Assembly: GCF_001677475.2 (NCBI RefSeq)
Contig: NZ_CP015229.1
DNA from: Escherichia coli
Lineage (GTDB): Bacteria; Pseudomonadota; Gammaproteobacteria; Enterobacterales; Enterobacteriaceae
Direction: 5' to 3' (one strand)
Length of the DNA stretch: 64,000 bases
Every line of letters begins with the position of its first letter. The stretch's first letter is position 1. Below, piece by piece: positions 29,624-41,962 of the stretch. The notes beneath the pieces are model-generated. The model saw only the letters and a program-made list of their open reading frames with translations, made no database searches and was not told the origin of the DNA. Position numbers and translations under genes: made by a program.

Positions 29624-30271
29624 ATGCCTGAAGCAACGCCTTTTCAGGTGATGATTGTGGATGATCATCCACTTATGCGACGCGGTGTTCGTCAGTTACT
29701 GGAGCTTGATCCTGGCTTTGAAGTGGTCGCCGAAGCGGGCGACGGCGCGAGCGCGATCGATCTGGCGAATAGACTGGATATCGACGTGATCTTGCTGGAT
29801 CTCAATATGAAAGGTATGAGTGGCCTGGATACCCTCAATGCCTTGCGCAGGGATGGCGTTACCGCGCAAATTATTATCCTGACCGTATCAGATGCCTCCA
29901 GCGATGTCTTTGCGCTGATAGACGCAGGCGCAGACGGTTATCTGTTGAAAGACAGCGACCCGGAAGTGTTGCTGGAAGCGATTCGTGCCGGAGCGAAAGG
30001 CAGCAAAGTCTTTAGCGAACGCGTCAATCAGTACTTACGTGAACGTGAAATGTTTGGCGCGGAAGAAGATCCCTTCAGCGTGCTGACGGAGCGCGAGCTG
30101 GATGTTCTGCACGAGCTGGCACAGGGGCTGTCAAATAAACAGATTGCCTCGGTGTTGAATATTTCCGAGCAGACAGTAAAAGTACACATTCGCAATCTGC
30201 TGCGTAAACTCAATGTCCGCTCACGCGTGGCGGCCACCATTCTGTTCCTGCAACAACGCGGGGCACAATAA
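29624..30271 (+). CDS. narP: nitrate/nitrite response regulator NarP
   Basis: 215 aa from MPEATPFQVMIVDDHPLMRRG; receiver plus LuxR-type HTH; SD AGGAG. Confidence 0.94.
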   Translation: MPEATPFQVMIVDDHPLMRRGVRQLLELDPGFEVVAEAGDGASAIDLANRLDIDVILLDLNMKGMSGLDTLNALRRDGVTAQIIILTVSDASSDVFALIDAGADGYLLKDSDPEVLLEAIRAGAKGSKVFSERVNQYLREREMFGAEEDPFSVLTERELDVLHELAQGLSNKQIASVLNISEQTVKVHIRNLLRKLNVRSRVAATILFLQQRGAQ

Positions 30272-30306
30272 AAAATAGCCCGATGGCATCACCATCGGGC
30301 CTCTTT

Positions 30307-31359
30307 TTATTTACTCTCCTGCGGCGACAAATTTTGCATCGCCTGCGCGATACTACGTTCAATCACCGCACGGCGAGTATCGTTGGCAGGTAAGAGTTTC
30401 AACATCATCTCCCACGCGGCAACGGCTTCGCCAAATCGCTGCTGCTCAAAGGCATTAAACGCATACATGCTTAACACACGGATATTGCTATGGTCCGTTC
30501 TCACCAACTGGCGTAGCAGTTCACCACCGAGGCGGTTGTCGTTGGGATCAGATGAACGTGTCAACGCTTCAGCGTATCCGAGCGCCGCATCACTGTTCTT
30601 CGGATCGAGGCGATATGCAGTAGCGTATGCATCGGTGGCAATACTGGCGTTACCCAGCGCCATGCCAACGCGGCCCAACATAATCCAGCCTTCTATATCT
30701 CCCGGATTTTTTTGCAGTTGAGTACGCATCCCCAGCGCCAGGCGCGACATCTCTTCTTCGTTGAGCGGATCGGCTTTCGGATCCAGCGCCCTGTCCAGTA
30801 ACGCCGGAGCCTGTGCCGTGGCCTGCTGCCAGATTTTCACCTGCTGATAATTGCCCGTCTGGTAGTAGCTGACGCCAGCCACAATTAACGCCACCACAAT
30901 ACCCGGCAGATAAACAACATATCCGGCACGCTTACCTTCCGGTACGCTTTGTTCAGGAAACTCCTCCTGCGCCACATGCACCCGACGCCGCGAGCGGGAG
31001 TAAATCACCCAGCCGCCGATACCAATAGCGACAACTGGCAGCACCCACAGCAGCACGGTCAGCGGTGTTAATGGCGGATCGTAAGTGACGAAGTTGCCGT
31101 AACGCGCCACCATATAATCAACAATCTCTTTCTTGCTTTTACCTTCCTGCATCAGTTCATACACTTTCTGGCGCAGGTCAGTGGCAATCATCGAGTTGGA
31201 ATCGGCAATACTGTTGTTCTGGCATTTCGGGCAGCGCAGTTCTTCCGTGAGTTGGCGGAACTGCTGCTCCTGCGCTTCATCCTTAAACTGCAACACGTCG
31301 ATGGTCGCCAGCGCTGAGCCGGAGATCATCAGCATCAGCACGCCCAATAAAAACCTCAT
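30307..31359 (-). CDS. ccmH: cytochrome c maturation protein CcmH
   Basis: 350 aa; LRCPKCQNNS motif; TPR-like C-terminus. Confidence 0.93.
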   Translation of the reverse strand: MRFLLGVLMLMISGSALATIDVLQFKDEAQEQQFRQLTEELRCPKCQNNSIADSNSMIATDLRQKVYELMQEGKSKKEIVDYMVARYGNFVTYDPPLTPLTVLLWVLPVVAIGIGGWVIYSRSRRRVHVAQEEFPEQSVPEGKRAGYVVYLPGIVVALIVAGVSYYQTGNYQQVKIWQQATAQAPALLDRALDPKADPLNEEEMSRLALGMRTQLQKNPGDIEGWIMLGRVGMALGNASIATDAYATAYRLDPKNSDAALGYAEALTRSSDPNDNRLGGELLRQLVRTDHSNIRVLSMYAFNAFEQQRFGEAVAAWEMMLKLLPANDTRRAVIERSIAQAMQNLSPQESK

Positions 31360-31913
31360 TGTGCGGCCTCCTTACTGTATTTCTCCCACAGCGGCTTGAT
31401 CTCTTCTTCCCAGACGCGAGGATTGAGATCGCCCGCATGGCGATAGCGAATGATGCCGTTGCCGTCGATGAGGAACGTTTCTGGCGCGCCATAGACACCG
31501 AGATCCAGTCCTAACATGCCGTCGCCATCAAACAGGCTTAGTGCGTAAGGATTGCCCAGCTCTTTCAGCCAGCTGATTGCCTTCTGGCGATCGTCTTTAT
31601 AGTTCATGCCGACCACGCGGATGCCCTGCGCAGAAAGCTGATTCAGATATTGATGTTCCGCACGGCAGGTCGGACACCAGGTCGCCCAGACGTTAAGCAG
31701 CACTGGTTTGCCCTGAGTCAGCACATCCGCCTGATAAAATTGCCCCGGATTGTCCAGTGATTCGAGGCGAAACTTCGGCACCGGCTTGCCAATGAGCGCC
31801 GATTCCAGATTGGTCGGATCATCCCCTTCGGCATTACGCGCCAGCTGCCACAGCAGCGCCGCGGCAATCGCCAGGAAAATAATCAAAGGAATTAACAATA
31901 CTTTGCGCTTCAT
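31356..31913 (-). CDS. ccmG: thiol:disulfide interchange protein CcmG (DsbE)
   Basis: 185 aa; WATWCPTC thioredoxin motif. Confidence 0.94.
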   Translation of the reverse strand: MKRKVLLIPLIIFLAIAAALLWQLARNAEGDDPTNLESALIGKPVPKFRLESLDNPGQFYQADVLTQGKPVLLNVWATWCPTCRAEHQYLNQLSAQGIRVVGMNYKDDRQKAISWLKELGNPYALSLFDGDGMLGLDLGVYGAPETFLIDGNGIIRYRHAGDLNPRVWEEEIKPLWEKYSKEAAQ

Positions 31914-33853
31914 ACAGCCTCCGGCGCAGTTTTCTGCGGGTTCACGCGCTTACGATAGCGAGGATCAAACAGGCACAGCAGCCCGCCCAATGCCATCATC
32001 AGCCCGCCCGCCCAAATCCAGCGAACAAACGGTTTGTAGTAAAGACGCACGGCCCACGCGCCGTTTTCCAGCTCTTCACCGAGCGCGGCGTACAGGTCAC
32101 GCGTGATGCCGCCGTCAATTGCCGCTTCGGTCATCATCGACCCAGCAGTGTTGTAATAACGTTTTTCCGCATACAGCACCGTTTCCGGCTTGCCATCTCG
32201 CGTTACGCCGATAGTCGCCACACCGCCGCGCCAGTTCGGGCCAGTCACCTCTTTGACATCACGGAAGGTGAAGCGATATTCATGAATATCGACACTATCG
32301 CCGGACTTCATGCGCACATCACGCTCAACGCTATAGTTCTGGCTAAAGGCAATACCAACAATTGTCACTGCCAGCCCCAGGTGAGCCGCCACCATTCCCC
32401 AATAACTGAAGGTGGTTTTCGTGCCGCGTGAAATACGCAGCGCAGCTTCCGCAATTGCCAGCACCGCAATCCAGCAGGCCATTGCCAGGCCGAGCACCGT
32501 CATCGCCACAACTTTGCTTTCGAACAGCCACGGCAACAGCAGCGACAGCACCAGCGTTGAGATGAAGGCGATAATCAATAAATTGCGGATTTTACGTGGG
32601 CGATCGCGCCCCCAGCGCACCAGAGGACCGACACCCAGCAGTAGCGCAAACGGCACCATCAGCCAGGTAAACATGGTGTTGAAGAACGGTTCGCCAATCG
32701 AAATACTGCCCAGTCCCAGTTGCTTGTGCACCAGCGGCAGCAGCGTCCCCAGTAATACCACCAGCATCGCGGCGACCAGCAAAACGTTGTTCGCTAACAG
32801 CAGAGATTCCCGCGACCACAGCGCATTGTTTACGCGTGAGCGAACTTTGTGTCCACGCGCGGCAAACAGCAGCAGCGAACCACCAATCACCAGCACCATA
32901 AAGGCGAGGATAAACATACCGCGTGCCGGATCAGAGGCAAACGCGTGTACCGATACCAGCACGCCGGAACGCACCAGGAAAGTCCCCAGCAGACACAACG
33001 AGAAGGCACTGATTGCCAGCAGTAATGTCCACGCTTTGAAGCTGGCGCGTTGTTCAGTGACCGCCAGTGAGTGCATCAGCGCAGTCCCCACCAGCCACGG
33101 CATAAACGAGGCGTTTTCTACCGGATCCCAGAACCACCAGCCGCCCCAGCCGAGTTCGTAATAGGCCCATGCGGAACCGAGCACAATGCCGAGCGTCAAG
33201 AAGATCCACGCCGCCAGCGTCCACGGGCGGGTAAAACGCGCATAGGTGCTGTCCAGACGCCCACTCAACAAAGAAGCAATGGCGAAAGCAAACGCCACCG
33301 AGAAACCGACGTACCCCATATAGAGCAGAGGCGGATGGAAGATCAGCCCCGGATCCTGCAACAGCGGGTTAAGATCGCGCCCTTCAATCGGGAAATTCGG
33401 CAGCGTGCGTGAGAATGGGTTAGAGGTAAAGAGAATGAACAGCAAAAAGCCGACACTGACCATCCCCATTATCGCCAGTACGCGGGCCACAATATCCAGC
33501 GGAATACGCTGACTAAAAATCGCCACCGCAAAGGTCCAGCCGCTCATCAGCAGCACCCACAGCAGGAGCGAGCCTTCATGCGCTCCCCAGGTAGCCGCCA
33601 CGCGATACCACACCGGAAGCTGGGTATTGGAGTTGCTGGCAACATAGGTGACGGTAAAGTCGTTGACCACGAAGGCATTGACCAGTACCAGAAATGCGCC
33701 AGCCACAGACATAAACAGCAGCCAGGCAAACAAGCGGGAAGACGCCATCATGCGCGCATCTCCGCGCGCTACGCCCCATAGCGGATACACGGACAGCAGC
33801 AGCGCAATTCCTAGCGCCAGACACAGCAGCCCGTTACCAATTTCCGGCATCAT
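31910..33853 (-). CDS. ccmF: cytochrome c haem lyase subunit CcmF
   Basis: 647 aa polytopic membrane protein; operon position. Confidence 0.94.
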   Translation of the reverse strand: MMPEIGNGLLCLALGIALLLSVYPLWGVARGDARMMASSRLFAWLLFMSVAGAFLVLVNAFVVNDFTVTYVASNSNTQLPVWYRVAATWGAHEGSLLLWVLLMSGWTFAVAIFSQRIPLDIVARVLAIMGMVSVGFLLFILFTSNPFSRTLPNFPIEGRDLNPLLQDPGLIFHPPLLYMGYVGFSVAFAFAIASLLSGRLDSTYARFTRPWTLAAWIFLTLGIVLGSAWAYYELGWGGWWFWDPVENASFMPWLVGTALMHSLAVTEQRASFKAWTLLLAISAFSLCLLGTFLVRSGVLVSVHAFASDPARGMFILAFMVLVIGGSLLLFAARGHKVRSRVNNALWSRESLLLANNVLLVAAMLVVLLGTLLPLVHKQLGLGSISIGEPFFNTMFTWLMVPFALLLGVGPLVRWGRDRPRKIRNLLIIAFISTLVLSLLLPWLFESKVVAMTVLGLAMACWIAVLAIAEAALRISRGTKTTFSYWGMVAAHLGLAVTIVGIAFSQNYSVERDVRMKSGDSVDIHEYRFTFRDVKEVTGPNWRGGVATIGVTRDGKPETVLYAEKRYYNTAGSMMTEAAIDGGITRDLYAALGEELENGAWAVRLYYKPFVRWIWAGGLMMALGGLLCLFDPRYRKRVNPQKTAPEAV

Positions 33854-34329
33854 GATGCTGGGTCCTTATAAACACTCGTCGGGCGACGGTGATTGGCTTC
33901 CATCGCTTTCTCAACTTCTGGCGGCGTGTAGTTTTCATCGTGTTTCGCCAGCACTTCTTTCGCGAGGATATGATTGCCTTTTTCCAGTTCACCCTGCACC
34001 ACAACGCCCTGCCCTTCACGGAACAGATCCGGCAAAATGCCTTCGTAAGAGACATCTACTGAACCTTCAGCGTCGTAAATGGTGAAAGTTACTTTTAGCG
34101 AATTGGGATCGCGCTGCACACTACCCGGCATCACCATCCCGCCAACGCGCAGACGCTGACCGACTTCCGGCATTTGCTGAGTTTCACGCTTGCCGTAGAG
34201 AATTTCCCCCGGCGTATAAAAGAGATCGATATTCGAGCGCAGCGCATATAGCACCAGACCGATAGTCAGCGCCAGCCCCGCCAGAACGGCACAGGCAATC
34301 CACAAGCGGTTTTTACGGCGAATATTCAT
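33850..34329 (-). CDS. ccmE: haem chaperone CcmE
   Basis: 159 aa, N-terminal anchor; operon position. Confidence 0.93.
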   Translation of the reverse strand: MNIRRKNRLWIACAVLAGLALTIGLVLYALRSNIDLFYTPGEILYGKRETQQMPEVGQRLRVGGMVMPGSVQRDPNSLKVTFTIYDAEGSVDVSYEGILPDLFREGQGVVVQGELEKGNHILAKEVLAKHDENYTPPEVEKAMEANHRRPTSVYKDPAS

Positions 34330-34535
34330 GCAGCCTCCTGCTGTTGCGCAGCACGTAAACGCGCCTCACGCGCCCGCTGTTGCGCCACACCACGCAGAAT
34401 TGCGCGATGCTGCATCACCGAGTGCACGACCAAAACCACCAGCGGAATGACGGTCATCACCACCGCAAGCCAGACAAAAAAGGCGTAACCGCCCATTGCG
34501 AAAAATTCATTCCAGGAAGCAAATGCAGGGGTCAT
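34326..34535 (-). CDS. ccmD: haem exporter protein CcmD
   Basis: 69-aa single-TM protein; overlapping starts/stops. Confidence 0.9.
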   Translation of the reverse strand: MTPAFASWNEFFAMGGYAFFVWLAVVMTVIPLVVLVVHSVMQHRAILRGVAQQRAREARLRAAQQQEAA

Positions 34536-35269
34536 TTACGGCCTCTTTTCAATATCAGTTCACTCACCCACGGACGGCGTTTTTCCATCAGCAAAATTAA
34601 ATTACGCATCCGCATCAGCGTCAGCGTGGCAGACAGCAGCAGGAAGCCAAAAATCGACCAGCGCAGCGGCGAACGCATCGCCGGATCGATACTTTGCTGC
34701 ATCCGCGTTGATCCCTGATGCAGGGTGTTCCACCACTCCACGGAGTAATGAATAATCGGCAGATTCACCACGCCAATCAGCACCAGGATACCTGCCGCAC
34801 GGCCCGCCAGACGGCAGTCGTCGAAGGCGTGCCACAGGGCAATCACACCCACATACAAAAACAGCAGTACCAGTTCAGAAGTCAGACGTGCATCCCATAC
34901 CCACCAGGTGCCCCACATCGGTTTTCCCCATGCAGAGCCGGTAACCAGGGCAATAAAGGTAAACACGGCACCAATGGGGGCCATCGCCGCCACCGCCAGG
35001 TTGGCCATTTTCATCTGCCAGACAAGGCCAATAAACGCCGCCACCGCCATTGATGCATAAATGCCCATCGACCAGATCGCCGCAGGCACATGCAGGTAGA
35101 TAATGCGGTAGCTATTTCCCTGCTGATAATCAGCCGGAGCAAAGCCGAATCCCCAGATCCAGCCAACGGTAAGCACGACCACACTGGCAATTGCCAGCCA
35201 CGGTATAAACCAGCCACAGATTTGATACAGCCGTGGTGGGATCGCCAGTTGATGCAGTGTTTTCCACAT
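34532..35269 (-). CDS. ccmC: haem exporter protein CcmC
   Basis: 245 aa from MWKTLHQLAIPPRLYQ; WGxxWxWD tryptophan-rich motif. Confidence 0.92.
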   Translation of the reverse strand: MWKTLHQLAIPPRLYQICGWFIPWLAIASVVVLTVGWIWGFGFAPADYQQGNSYRIIYLHVPAAIWSMGIYASMAVAAFIGLVWQMKMANLAVAAMAPIGAVFTFIALVTGSAWGKPMWGTWWVWDARLTSELVLLFLYVGVIALWHAFDDCRLAGRAAGILVLIGVVNLPIIHYSVEWWNTLHQGSTRMQQSIDPAMRSPLRWSIFGFLLLSATLTLMRMRNLILLMEKRRPWVSELILKRGRK

Positions 35270-35310
35270 AGTTTCGATACCAGACTCGAACAAAAATCAG
35301 TAATCCAGCG

Positions 35311-35973
35311 TTATTGAATGCTGATTCGTAACGCTGCCGCCGTCGCAAAAGGACTTAATGTCGCGGTGCCTGCCAGCAACGCGCCTAAAATTGCCAGATA
35401 CCCATCAACGGGCAAATGCATAGAAGCCGCGTCCATCGCGGCGGTGGCAAAGATGAGTAATGGGATAGTCAGCGGTAACACCAGTATGCTGAGCAGCACA
35501 CCACCGCGCTTAAGTCCCACTGTCAGCGCCACGCCCGGCGCACCAAGAAAGCCAAGCGTAGGGGTTCCCAGCAGTAGCGTTAACGCCATCACTTGCCAGC
35601 CATAAACATCCATTCCCAGTAGCATTGCTACCAGGGGCGAAAGGATGAGTAACGGCAGACCGGTTACCATCCAGTGCGCCATCACCTTCGCCAGCACAAC
35701 GGCGGGCAAGGGTAACGGCAACAACATCAATTGTTCAAGACTGCCGTCCTGCAAATCGTCACGGAACAGTCGCTCGAGTGCCAGCAAGGATGAAAGCAGC
35801 GCGGCAACCCAGATAATGCCCGGTGCAATACGCGCCAGCAGTTGCGGCTCCGGACCGATACTGAGCGGAAAAAGGGTAATGACAATCAGGAAGAACCACA
35901 GCGGGTTGGCGATTTCGGCGCTATGGCGAAACGCTACGCGCAGCTCAAGACGGAAAATGCGCCAGAACATCAT
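35311..35973 (-). CDS. ccmB: haem exporter permease CcmB
   Basis: 220-aa polytopic membrane protein. Confidence 0.93.
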
Positions 35974-36593
35974 GCGGCCCCCGTTTGCGTCAGTGAAATG
36001 CGGCGAATTTTACTTTCAGCAACGTTGAGCGGCTGGTGGGTAGTCAGAATCACAATCCCCCCCTGCTCCGTATGCTGCGCCATACGCTGGGTCAGACGAT
36101 CGACGCCGTTAACATCAATCGCGGTAAAAGGCTCGTCGAGGATCCATAACGTGGCACGGGTCAGCCACAGACGCGCTAAAGCGACGCGGCGTTGTTGCCC
36201 GGCAGAAAGTTGATTTACAGGAATATCTTCGAATCCGGCAAGCCCAGCCTGCGCCAGGGCTTCCAGACATTGTGCGGTATCGCCATCGCGATGATAAAAG
36301 TGCAGATTTTCTAACGCCGTCAGCCGGGTTTTGATCCCCGGCTGATGGCCTATCCATAACAGGTTTTGATGGTAGCTGTCGCGTACCTGATGCAAGGGCT
36401 GCCCTTGCCAGAGAACCTCGCCTGCGTCAGGGCGAGACAACCCCGTCAGCAAACGGAGAAGCGTTGTCTTCCCCGCGCCGTTGCTACCGGTGATTTGTAC
36501 CCACTCGCCTGCGTTCAGCGTAAATGACAAGCCACTAAATAAGGTTCGTTCATCCCGCTCGCAAAGTAACTCTCTGGCTTCAAGCATACCCAC
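35970..36593 (-). CDS. ccmA: haem exporter ATPase CcmA
   Basis: 207 aa; Walker [18 protein letters not shown] signature. Confidence 0.94.
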   Translation of the reverse strand: MGMLEARELLCERDERTLFSGLSFTLNAGEWVQITGSNGAGKTTLLRLLTGLSRPDAGEVLWQGQPLHQVRDSYHQNLLWIGHQPGIKTRLTALENLHFYHRDGDTAQCLEALAQAGLAGFEDIPVNQLSAGQQRRVALARLWLTRATLWILDEPFTAIDVNGVDRLTQRMAQHTEQGGIVILTTHQPLNVAESKIRRISLTQTGAA

Positions 36594-36605
36594 GCAATAA
36601 CCCTG

Positions 36606-37208
36606 TTAAAAACCTGGCTCGACTTCGCGCATATCGGGCAGCTTGTGCGCTATCCCTTTATGGCAATCAATACAGGTTTGCCCATCTTTCACCGCCTGGT
36701 CATGCATCTTCGCGGCAACCGATTTCTGGGCGGTTGTATCCATATACTCGAAGTTGTGACAGTTACGGCACTCCTGCGAGTTATTGTCCTTCATGCGCCG
36801 CCACTCATTCTGTGCCATCGTCAGGCGATGAGCTTCAAATTTCTGCGGCGTGTCAATAACGCCAAAAATTTTACCATACAGCTCTTTACTTGCTTTGAGC
36901 TTGCGTATCATCTTCGGCACAAACTCGTGCGGAACGTGACAATCCGGACAGGTCGCACGGACGCCGCTACGGTTGTTGTAGTGCACGGAATCCATGTATT
37001 CCTGATACACCGTGTTACGCATTTCGTGGCAGCTAATGCAGAACTCTTCGGTATTGGCTTTTTCCATCCCGGTGTTAAAGCCGCCCCAGAAGACGATGCC
37101 ACCGACAAAACCGATCAACAGCAGCGTCCCCAGCGCCAGACGGCTGGGGGTACGCCACCATTTCCACAGGCGCTTAATCAGACCAGGCTTACGGTCAGAA
37201 TTTCCCAT
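36606..37208 (-). CDS. napC: periplasmic nitrate reductase tetrahaem cytochrome NapC
   Basis: 200 aa; four CxxCH motifs. Confidence 0.94.
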   Translation of the reverse strand: MGNSDRKPGLIKRLWKWWRTPSRLALGTLLLIGFVGGIVFWGGFNTGMEKANTEEFCISCHEMRNTVYQEYMDSVHYNNRSGVRATCPDCHVPHEFVPKMIRKLKASKELYGKIFGVIDTPQKFEAHRLTMAQNEWRRMKDNNSQECRNCHNFEYMDTTAQKSVAAKMHDQAVKDGQTCIDCHKGIAHKLPDMREVEPGF

Positions 37209-37217
37209 AATAACCTC

Positions 37218-37667
37218 TTATTTCCCGTAACCTTTTGACGGGGTAAAGGTATTCCCCACGATTGGCGCGGTATCAGCCTGCGGCACGTGACATTGCAGAC
37301 AGAAGTAACGACGTGGAGCCACTTCCGCGCCTACTTTGCCGTCGCTGTCCATAAAGTGAGTAGGACTGATGCGCGGTGCGCCAGTGGTGCGATAGCTTTC
37401 GACACCGTGGCACTGCAAGCAGCGGTTGGTATTGGTCGTTACCTGATAACCTTCAACGCTATGCGGGATCATTGGCGGCTGATTCACATAGTTCAGCGGC
37501 ATCCGTTCCTGCTCTTTTGGCATCCGAATGGCCCCTTCCTGCGTCCCGGATACTTCCGGCGACTGGCTAAAATCGACGCCATTAGCCGCCCAAACCGCGC
37601 CGCTCACCACCAGGGCCAGCATCGCCGTCCATTGACACAGCGCTTTCTTCAGGTCATGGCTTTTCAT
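37218..37667 (-). CDS. napB: periplasmic nitrate reductase dihaem cytochrome NapB
   Basis: 149 aa from [13 protein letters not shown]; two CxxCH motifs. Confidence 0.93.
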   Translation of the reverse strand: MKSHDLKKALCQWTAMLALVVSGAVWAANGVDFSQSPEVSGTQEGAIRMPKEQERMPLNYVNQPPMIPHSVEGYQVTTNTNRCLQCHGVESYRTTGAPRISPTHFMDSDGKVGAEVAPRRYFCLQCHVPQADTAPIVGNTFTPSKGYGK

Positions 37668-38527
37668 GATTTCGCTCCCGAACTCCATCGTGTAGTTATT
37701 GTAAATACATCCTCAGAACAGACATCCACGCAGCGACCGCACGTCATGCAATCGCGGCTGGTGACCTGCACCGTGCTTTGTTCATCCAGCACCGGGGCAC
37801 GTAGCACATGCGGTTCCGGGCAAACATGAAAACAATCCATACAGCGGTTACATTTCTGCCGATCGGTGGCCGCAACGGTAATCACACCTTTGCTACCCAG
37901 CACGCCATACAGCGCTCCAACCGGACAAATGTGCCCGCACCAGCCGTGTTCAACGACCAGTAGATCAAATAAAAACAGCGCGAGAATAAGCAGCGCGCCG
38001 CTACCGAAGCCCATTACCAGGCTACGCCCCATCAGGGAAACGGGGTTGATCCATTCCCAGATGAGCGTGCCGGTTAAGGCCGATCCCACCAGAATGATCA
38101 CCAACAGCACGTAGCGAATGTGGCGAGGGATCGTCGCAGACTGATTGAGGTCAAATCGTCTGCGTAACCAGTTCGCTAAATCGGTAATTGGGTTCAGCGG
38201 GCAGACCCAGCTACAAAATAATCGCTTTCCTGCCAGGGCGTAGAGCACGGTGATAATCACCGCTCCGGTCAACGCCACCGTGGCAGGCAGATGACCACTG
38301 GCAAGACTTTGCAGCGTCATCAGCGGATCGGTCAGTGGAACGGTGTCGAATAACAGGCTACTGCTGTAGTTGCCGTGCAAGATCCACACACCAAACCACG
38401 GACCGCTCAAAAACATCCCCAGCACGAAGAACTGACAAAGGCGACGTAACACCAGCCAACGGTGGCTGCGCCACCAGCCTTTTTTCTCCAGCGCCTCGCG
38501 CCCGGCGTCACGTTTACGATTTGCCAT
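37664..38527 (-). CDS. napH: ferredoxin-type membrane protein NapH
   Basis: 287 aa; TM helices plus Cys clusters. Confidence 0.93.
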
Positions 38528-39209
38528 TGTTCCCCTCCAGCCAGCCGAAGCGGTAATGGTGACCTAACTCCCCTTTCGCTAGTGACAGCGGTAACACCTT
38601 GATTGCCGGTTGTTCCAGCACGCACACTTTTTCGCACTTACCGCAACCGGTACAGGCGTCGCTGTGAACCGTCGGCAGAAAGCGGGCGTGCTTACCGGTA
38701 CGCGTGTTGCGCTCCAGCTCCAGGGTGATGGCCTCATCAATTTTCGGGCATTCGCGATAACAAACATCGCAGCGCAGCCCCTGAAAGTTGAGACAGTTTT
38801 CCTGGTCCACCAGCACCGCCAGCCCCATCCGCGCGTCGTCGATCGATTCGATCTCACGATCCAGCGCACCGCTCGGGCACACTTTGGCGCACGGAATGTC
38901 CTCACACATTTCGCAAGGAATATCCCGTGCGACAAAATATGGCGTGCCCGCCGACAGGCCAGAAGCCAGCGTCGCCAGTTTTAAGGTGTCATAAGGGCAA
39001 GCCTGAACACACTGACCGCAACGCACACAGGCACTGGCAAAGGCGTTCTCGTTTATGGCTCCGGGCGGGCGCAACCGCACGCCAGATGCGCGTGCGGTTT
39101 GCTGTTGTAACCCCAGCGCCACACCCACGGCAGCCAGCCCGCCTGCTGTGCGAACGACATCGCGCAGAAAGCGGCGGCGACCATTTTGAGGTTTCGCTGA
39201 CCGGGACAT
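38514..39209 (-). CDS. napG: ferredoxin-type protein NapG
   Basis: 231 aa; Tat-like N-terminus; four CxxCxxCxxxCP clusters. Confidence 0.93.
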
Positions 39210-39215
39210 AATGGC

Positions 39216-41702
39216 TTACACCTTCTCCAGTTTGACCGCGCACTTCTTGAAGTCCGTCTCTTTCGAGAGCGGATCGGTCGCATCCAGCGTCAGTTTGTTA
39301 ACCAGCTGTGCGGCGTCGAAGAACGGCATGTACACCAGGCCCTGCGGCGGACGGTTACGACCGCGCGTTTCAACAATCGAGATCACTTCGCCACGGCGAG
39401 AAACCACTTTCACTTTGTCGCCACGGCGCAGATCGCGCGCTTTCGCATCCAACGGGTGAATAAACAGGACCGCTTCCGGGAAGGCACGGTGCAGTTCCGG
39501 CACACGGCGAGTCATACTGCCGGTGTGCCAGTGCTCCAGGACGCGTCCGGTAGAGAGCCACAGATCGTACTCTTCATCCGGTGCTTCCGCCGCCGGTTCG
39601 AACGGCAGTGCGAAGATCACCGCTTTGCCATCCGGTTTACCGTAGAACTTATAGCCTTCGCCCGCTTTCACGTACGGGTCGTTACCTTCGCTGTAACGCC
39701 ACTGCGTTTCTTTACCGTTCACCACCGGCCAGCGCAGACCGCGCGCTTTGTGGTAGTCATCGAACGGTGCCAGATCGTGACCGTGACCGCGACCAAACCA
39801 TGCGTACTCTTCGAACAGCCCTTTTTGCAGATAGAAGCCCAGCTCGCGGGATTCATCGTTCAGCTGATCTTCCGCCAGTTCGGATAGCGGGAATTTGCTC
39901 ACTTCCGGGGTGGCATACAGAACTTCGTACAGCGTTTTGCCACGCAGTTCCGGTTTCTTCGCCAGCAGCTCTTCCGGCCATACTTCTTCAGTTTTGAAGC
40001 GGCGGGAGAACTGGACTAACTGCCAGAGATCCGATTTCGCTTCGCCCGGGGCCTGTACCTGCTGACGCCAGAACTGAGTACGGCGTTCGGCATTACCGTA
40101 AGCGCCCTCTTTCTCTACCCACATTGCGGTCGGCAGGATCAAGTCCGCTGCCAGCGCACTGACTGTCGGATACGGATCGGAGACGATGATGAAGTTGCGC
40201 GGATCGCGCCAGCCCGGCATACGCTCTTCATTAATGTTCGGCCCGGCCTGCATGTTGTTGGTACACATGGTCCAGTAAACATTCAGCTTGCCGTCTTTCA
40301 GCGCACGGTCTTGTGCCACCGCGTGCAGACCGATTTTCGCCGGAATGGTGCCGCTCGGGATATTCCACTTCTTCTCGCAGATATCACGGTGTTTCTCGTT
40401 AGTCACCACCATGTCCGCAGGCAGACGGTGAGCAAAGGTGCCCACTTCACGCGCAGTACCACACGCGGAAGGCTGCCCGGTCAGGGAGAACGGACCGCAA
40501 CCTGGCTGGGAAATTTTGCCGGTCAGCAGATGCAGGTTGTAGACCAGGTTGTTGGCCCACACGCCACGAGTATGCTGGTTGAAGCCCATCGTCCAGTAGG
40601 AGATGACTTTCTTGTTCGGATCGGCATACAGCTGCGCCAGTTGTTCTAACTGGTCTTTCGGCACGCCGGTCATTTCGGCAGTTTTTTCCAGCGTATACTC
40701 AGCAACGAAGGCTTTGTAATCTTCAAAGCTCATCGGTTCGGAGGCGTCAGAACCTGGATTCTTCGCTGCTTTTTCCAGCGGATGGGTCGGACGTAAACCG
40801 TAGCCGATGTCCGTCGCCCCTTTGCGCAGGTTAACGTGTTTGCTGAAGAAGTCCTGATTTATCGCATTGTTTTGAATGATATAGTTGGCGATGTAGTTCA
40901 GGATCACCAGGTCAGATTGCGGCGTAAAGATGATGCCGTTATCCGCCAGTTCGAAGCTACGATGCTGGTAGGTAGAAAGCACCGCCACGGTGACGTTCTG
41001 GTTAGAGAGACGACGGTTAGTGATGCGCGACCAGAGGATCGGGTGCATCTCCGCCATGTTTGCGCCCCACAGCACAAACGCGTCAGCCTGCTCGATGTCG
41101 TCATAGCAGCCCATCGGCTCATCCATACCAAAGGTACGCATAAAGCCAACTACCGCCGACGCCATACAGTGACGCGCGTTCGGGTCGATGTTGTTCGAAC
41201 GGAAGCCCGCTTTGAACAGCTTGGACGCGGCATAACCTTCCCAGATAGTCCACTGACCAGAACCGAACATACCGATCGATTCCGGCCCTTTTTCTTTCAG
41301 GGCGGTTTTGAATTTCTCTTCCATCACATCGAAGGCCTGATCCCAGGTGATTGGGGTAAATTCGCCTTCTTTGTCATATTTACCGTTTTTCATACGCAGA
41401 AGCGGCTGCGTCAAACGGTCTTTACCGTACATGATTTTGGGCAGGAAATAGCCCTTAATGCAGTTCAGGCCACGGTTAACCGGTGCGTCCGGGTCGCCCT
41501 GACAGGCCACCACACGCCCCTGCTGCGTTCCGACCAGAACGCCGCAACCAGTACCGCAGAAACGGCACGGCGCTTTATCCCATTTAATGGCTTCCTGCTG
41601 ACCAACAACGGCGCGGGCAACGCCCGGCACGCTGAGACCGGCAGCCGCCGCAGCGGCCGCAACGGCGTTAGCTTTCATAAAGCTACGACGACTGAGTTTC
41701 AT
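39216..41702 (-). CDS. napA: periplasmic nitrate reductase catalytic subunit NapA
   Basis: 828 aa; twin-arginine signal (SRRSFMK); molybdopterin oxidoreductase. Confidence 0.96.
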   Translation of the reverse strand: MKLSRRSFMKANAVAAAAAAAGLSVPGVARAVVGQQEAIKWDKAPCRFCGTGCGVLVGTQQGRVVACQGDPDAPVNRGLNCIKGYFLPKIMYGKDRLTQPLLRMKNGKYDKEGEFTPITWDQAFDVMEEKFKTALKEKGPESIGMFGSGQWTIWEGYAASKLFKAGFRSNNIDPNARHCMASAVVGFMRTFGMDEPMGCYDDIEQADAFVLWGANMAEMHPILWSRITNRRLSNQNVTVAVLSTYQHRSFELADNGIIFTPQSDLVILNYIANYIIQNNAINQDFFSKHVNLRKGATDIGYGLRPTHPLEKAAKNPGSDASEPMSFEDYKAFVAEYTLEKTAEMTGVPKDQLEQLAQLYADPNKKVISYWTMGFNQHTRGVWANNLVYNLHLLTGKISQPGCGPFSLTGQPSACGTAREVGTFAHRLPADMVVTNEKHRDICEKKWNIPSGTIPAKIGLHAVAQDRALKDGKLNVYWTMCTNNMQAGPNINEERMPGWRDPRNFIIVSDPYPTVSALAADLILPTAMWVEKEGAYGNAERRTQFWRQQVQAPGEAKSDLWQLVQFSRRFKTEEVWPEELLAKKPELRGKTLYEVLYATPEVSKFPLSELAEDQLNDESRELGFYLQKGLFEEYAWFGRGHGHDLAPFDDYHKARGLRWPVVNGKETQWRYSEGNDPYVKAGEGYKFYGKPDGKAVIFALPFEPAAEAPDEEYDLWLSTGRVLEHWHTGSMTRRVPELHRAFPEAVLFIHPLDAKARDLRRGDKVKVVSRRGEVISIVETRGRNRPPQGLVYMPFFDAAQLVNKLTLDATDPLSKETDFKKCAVKLEKV

Positions 41703-41962
41703 GGTGTTTCCTCACCTTGCTCTTCCTGCTGGTGATAAACCAGCGACACCGCCAGCACGCCCTCTACGTTGCGTACTGACTCAATGGTTTGGATCAGCGT
41801 TTCGCTGTCTTCTGCTTCCACCACCACAATCAACTGACCGCTCGGCGCGTCGCTGACAGCAACTTCACAGCCGGGAAAGGCGTTCAGTTGGGTGCTGATG
41901 TCTGAAATTCGTTCGCTTTTGGCCTGCACGACCAGGCTGCAAACTTGCCAGTTAGTGTGCAT
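41699..41962 (-). CDS. napD: NapA chaperone NapD
   Basis: 87 aa; overlaps napA start. Confidence 0.92.
   Translation of the reverse strand: MHTNWQVCSLVVQAKSERISDISTQLNAFPGCEVAVSDAPSGQLIVVVEAEDSETLIQTIESVRNVEGVLAVSLVYHQQEEQGEETP

Noticed and set aside
32412-33161. 249-aa plus-strand ORF antisense to ccmF, and similar long antisense ORFs in napA (40836-41735), napC (36645-37238), radD (10390-10968), primase (20030-20515) and rcsC (55225-55761)
   Set aside because: All lie opposite strongly supported genes in GC-rich coding sequence and have low-complexity, unprotein-like translations.
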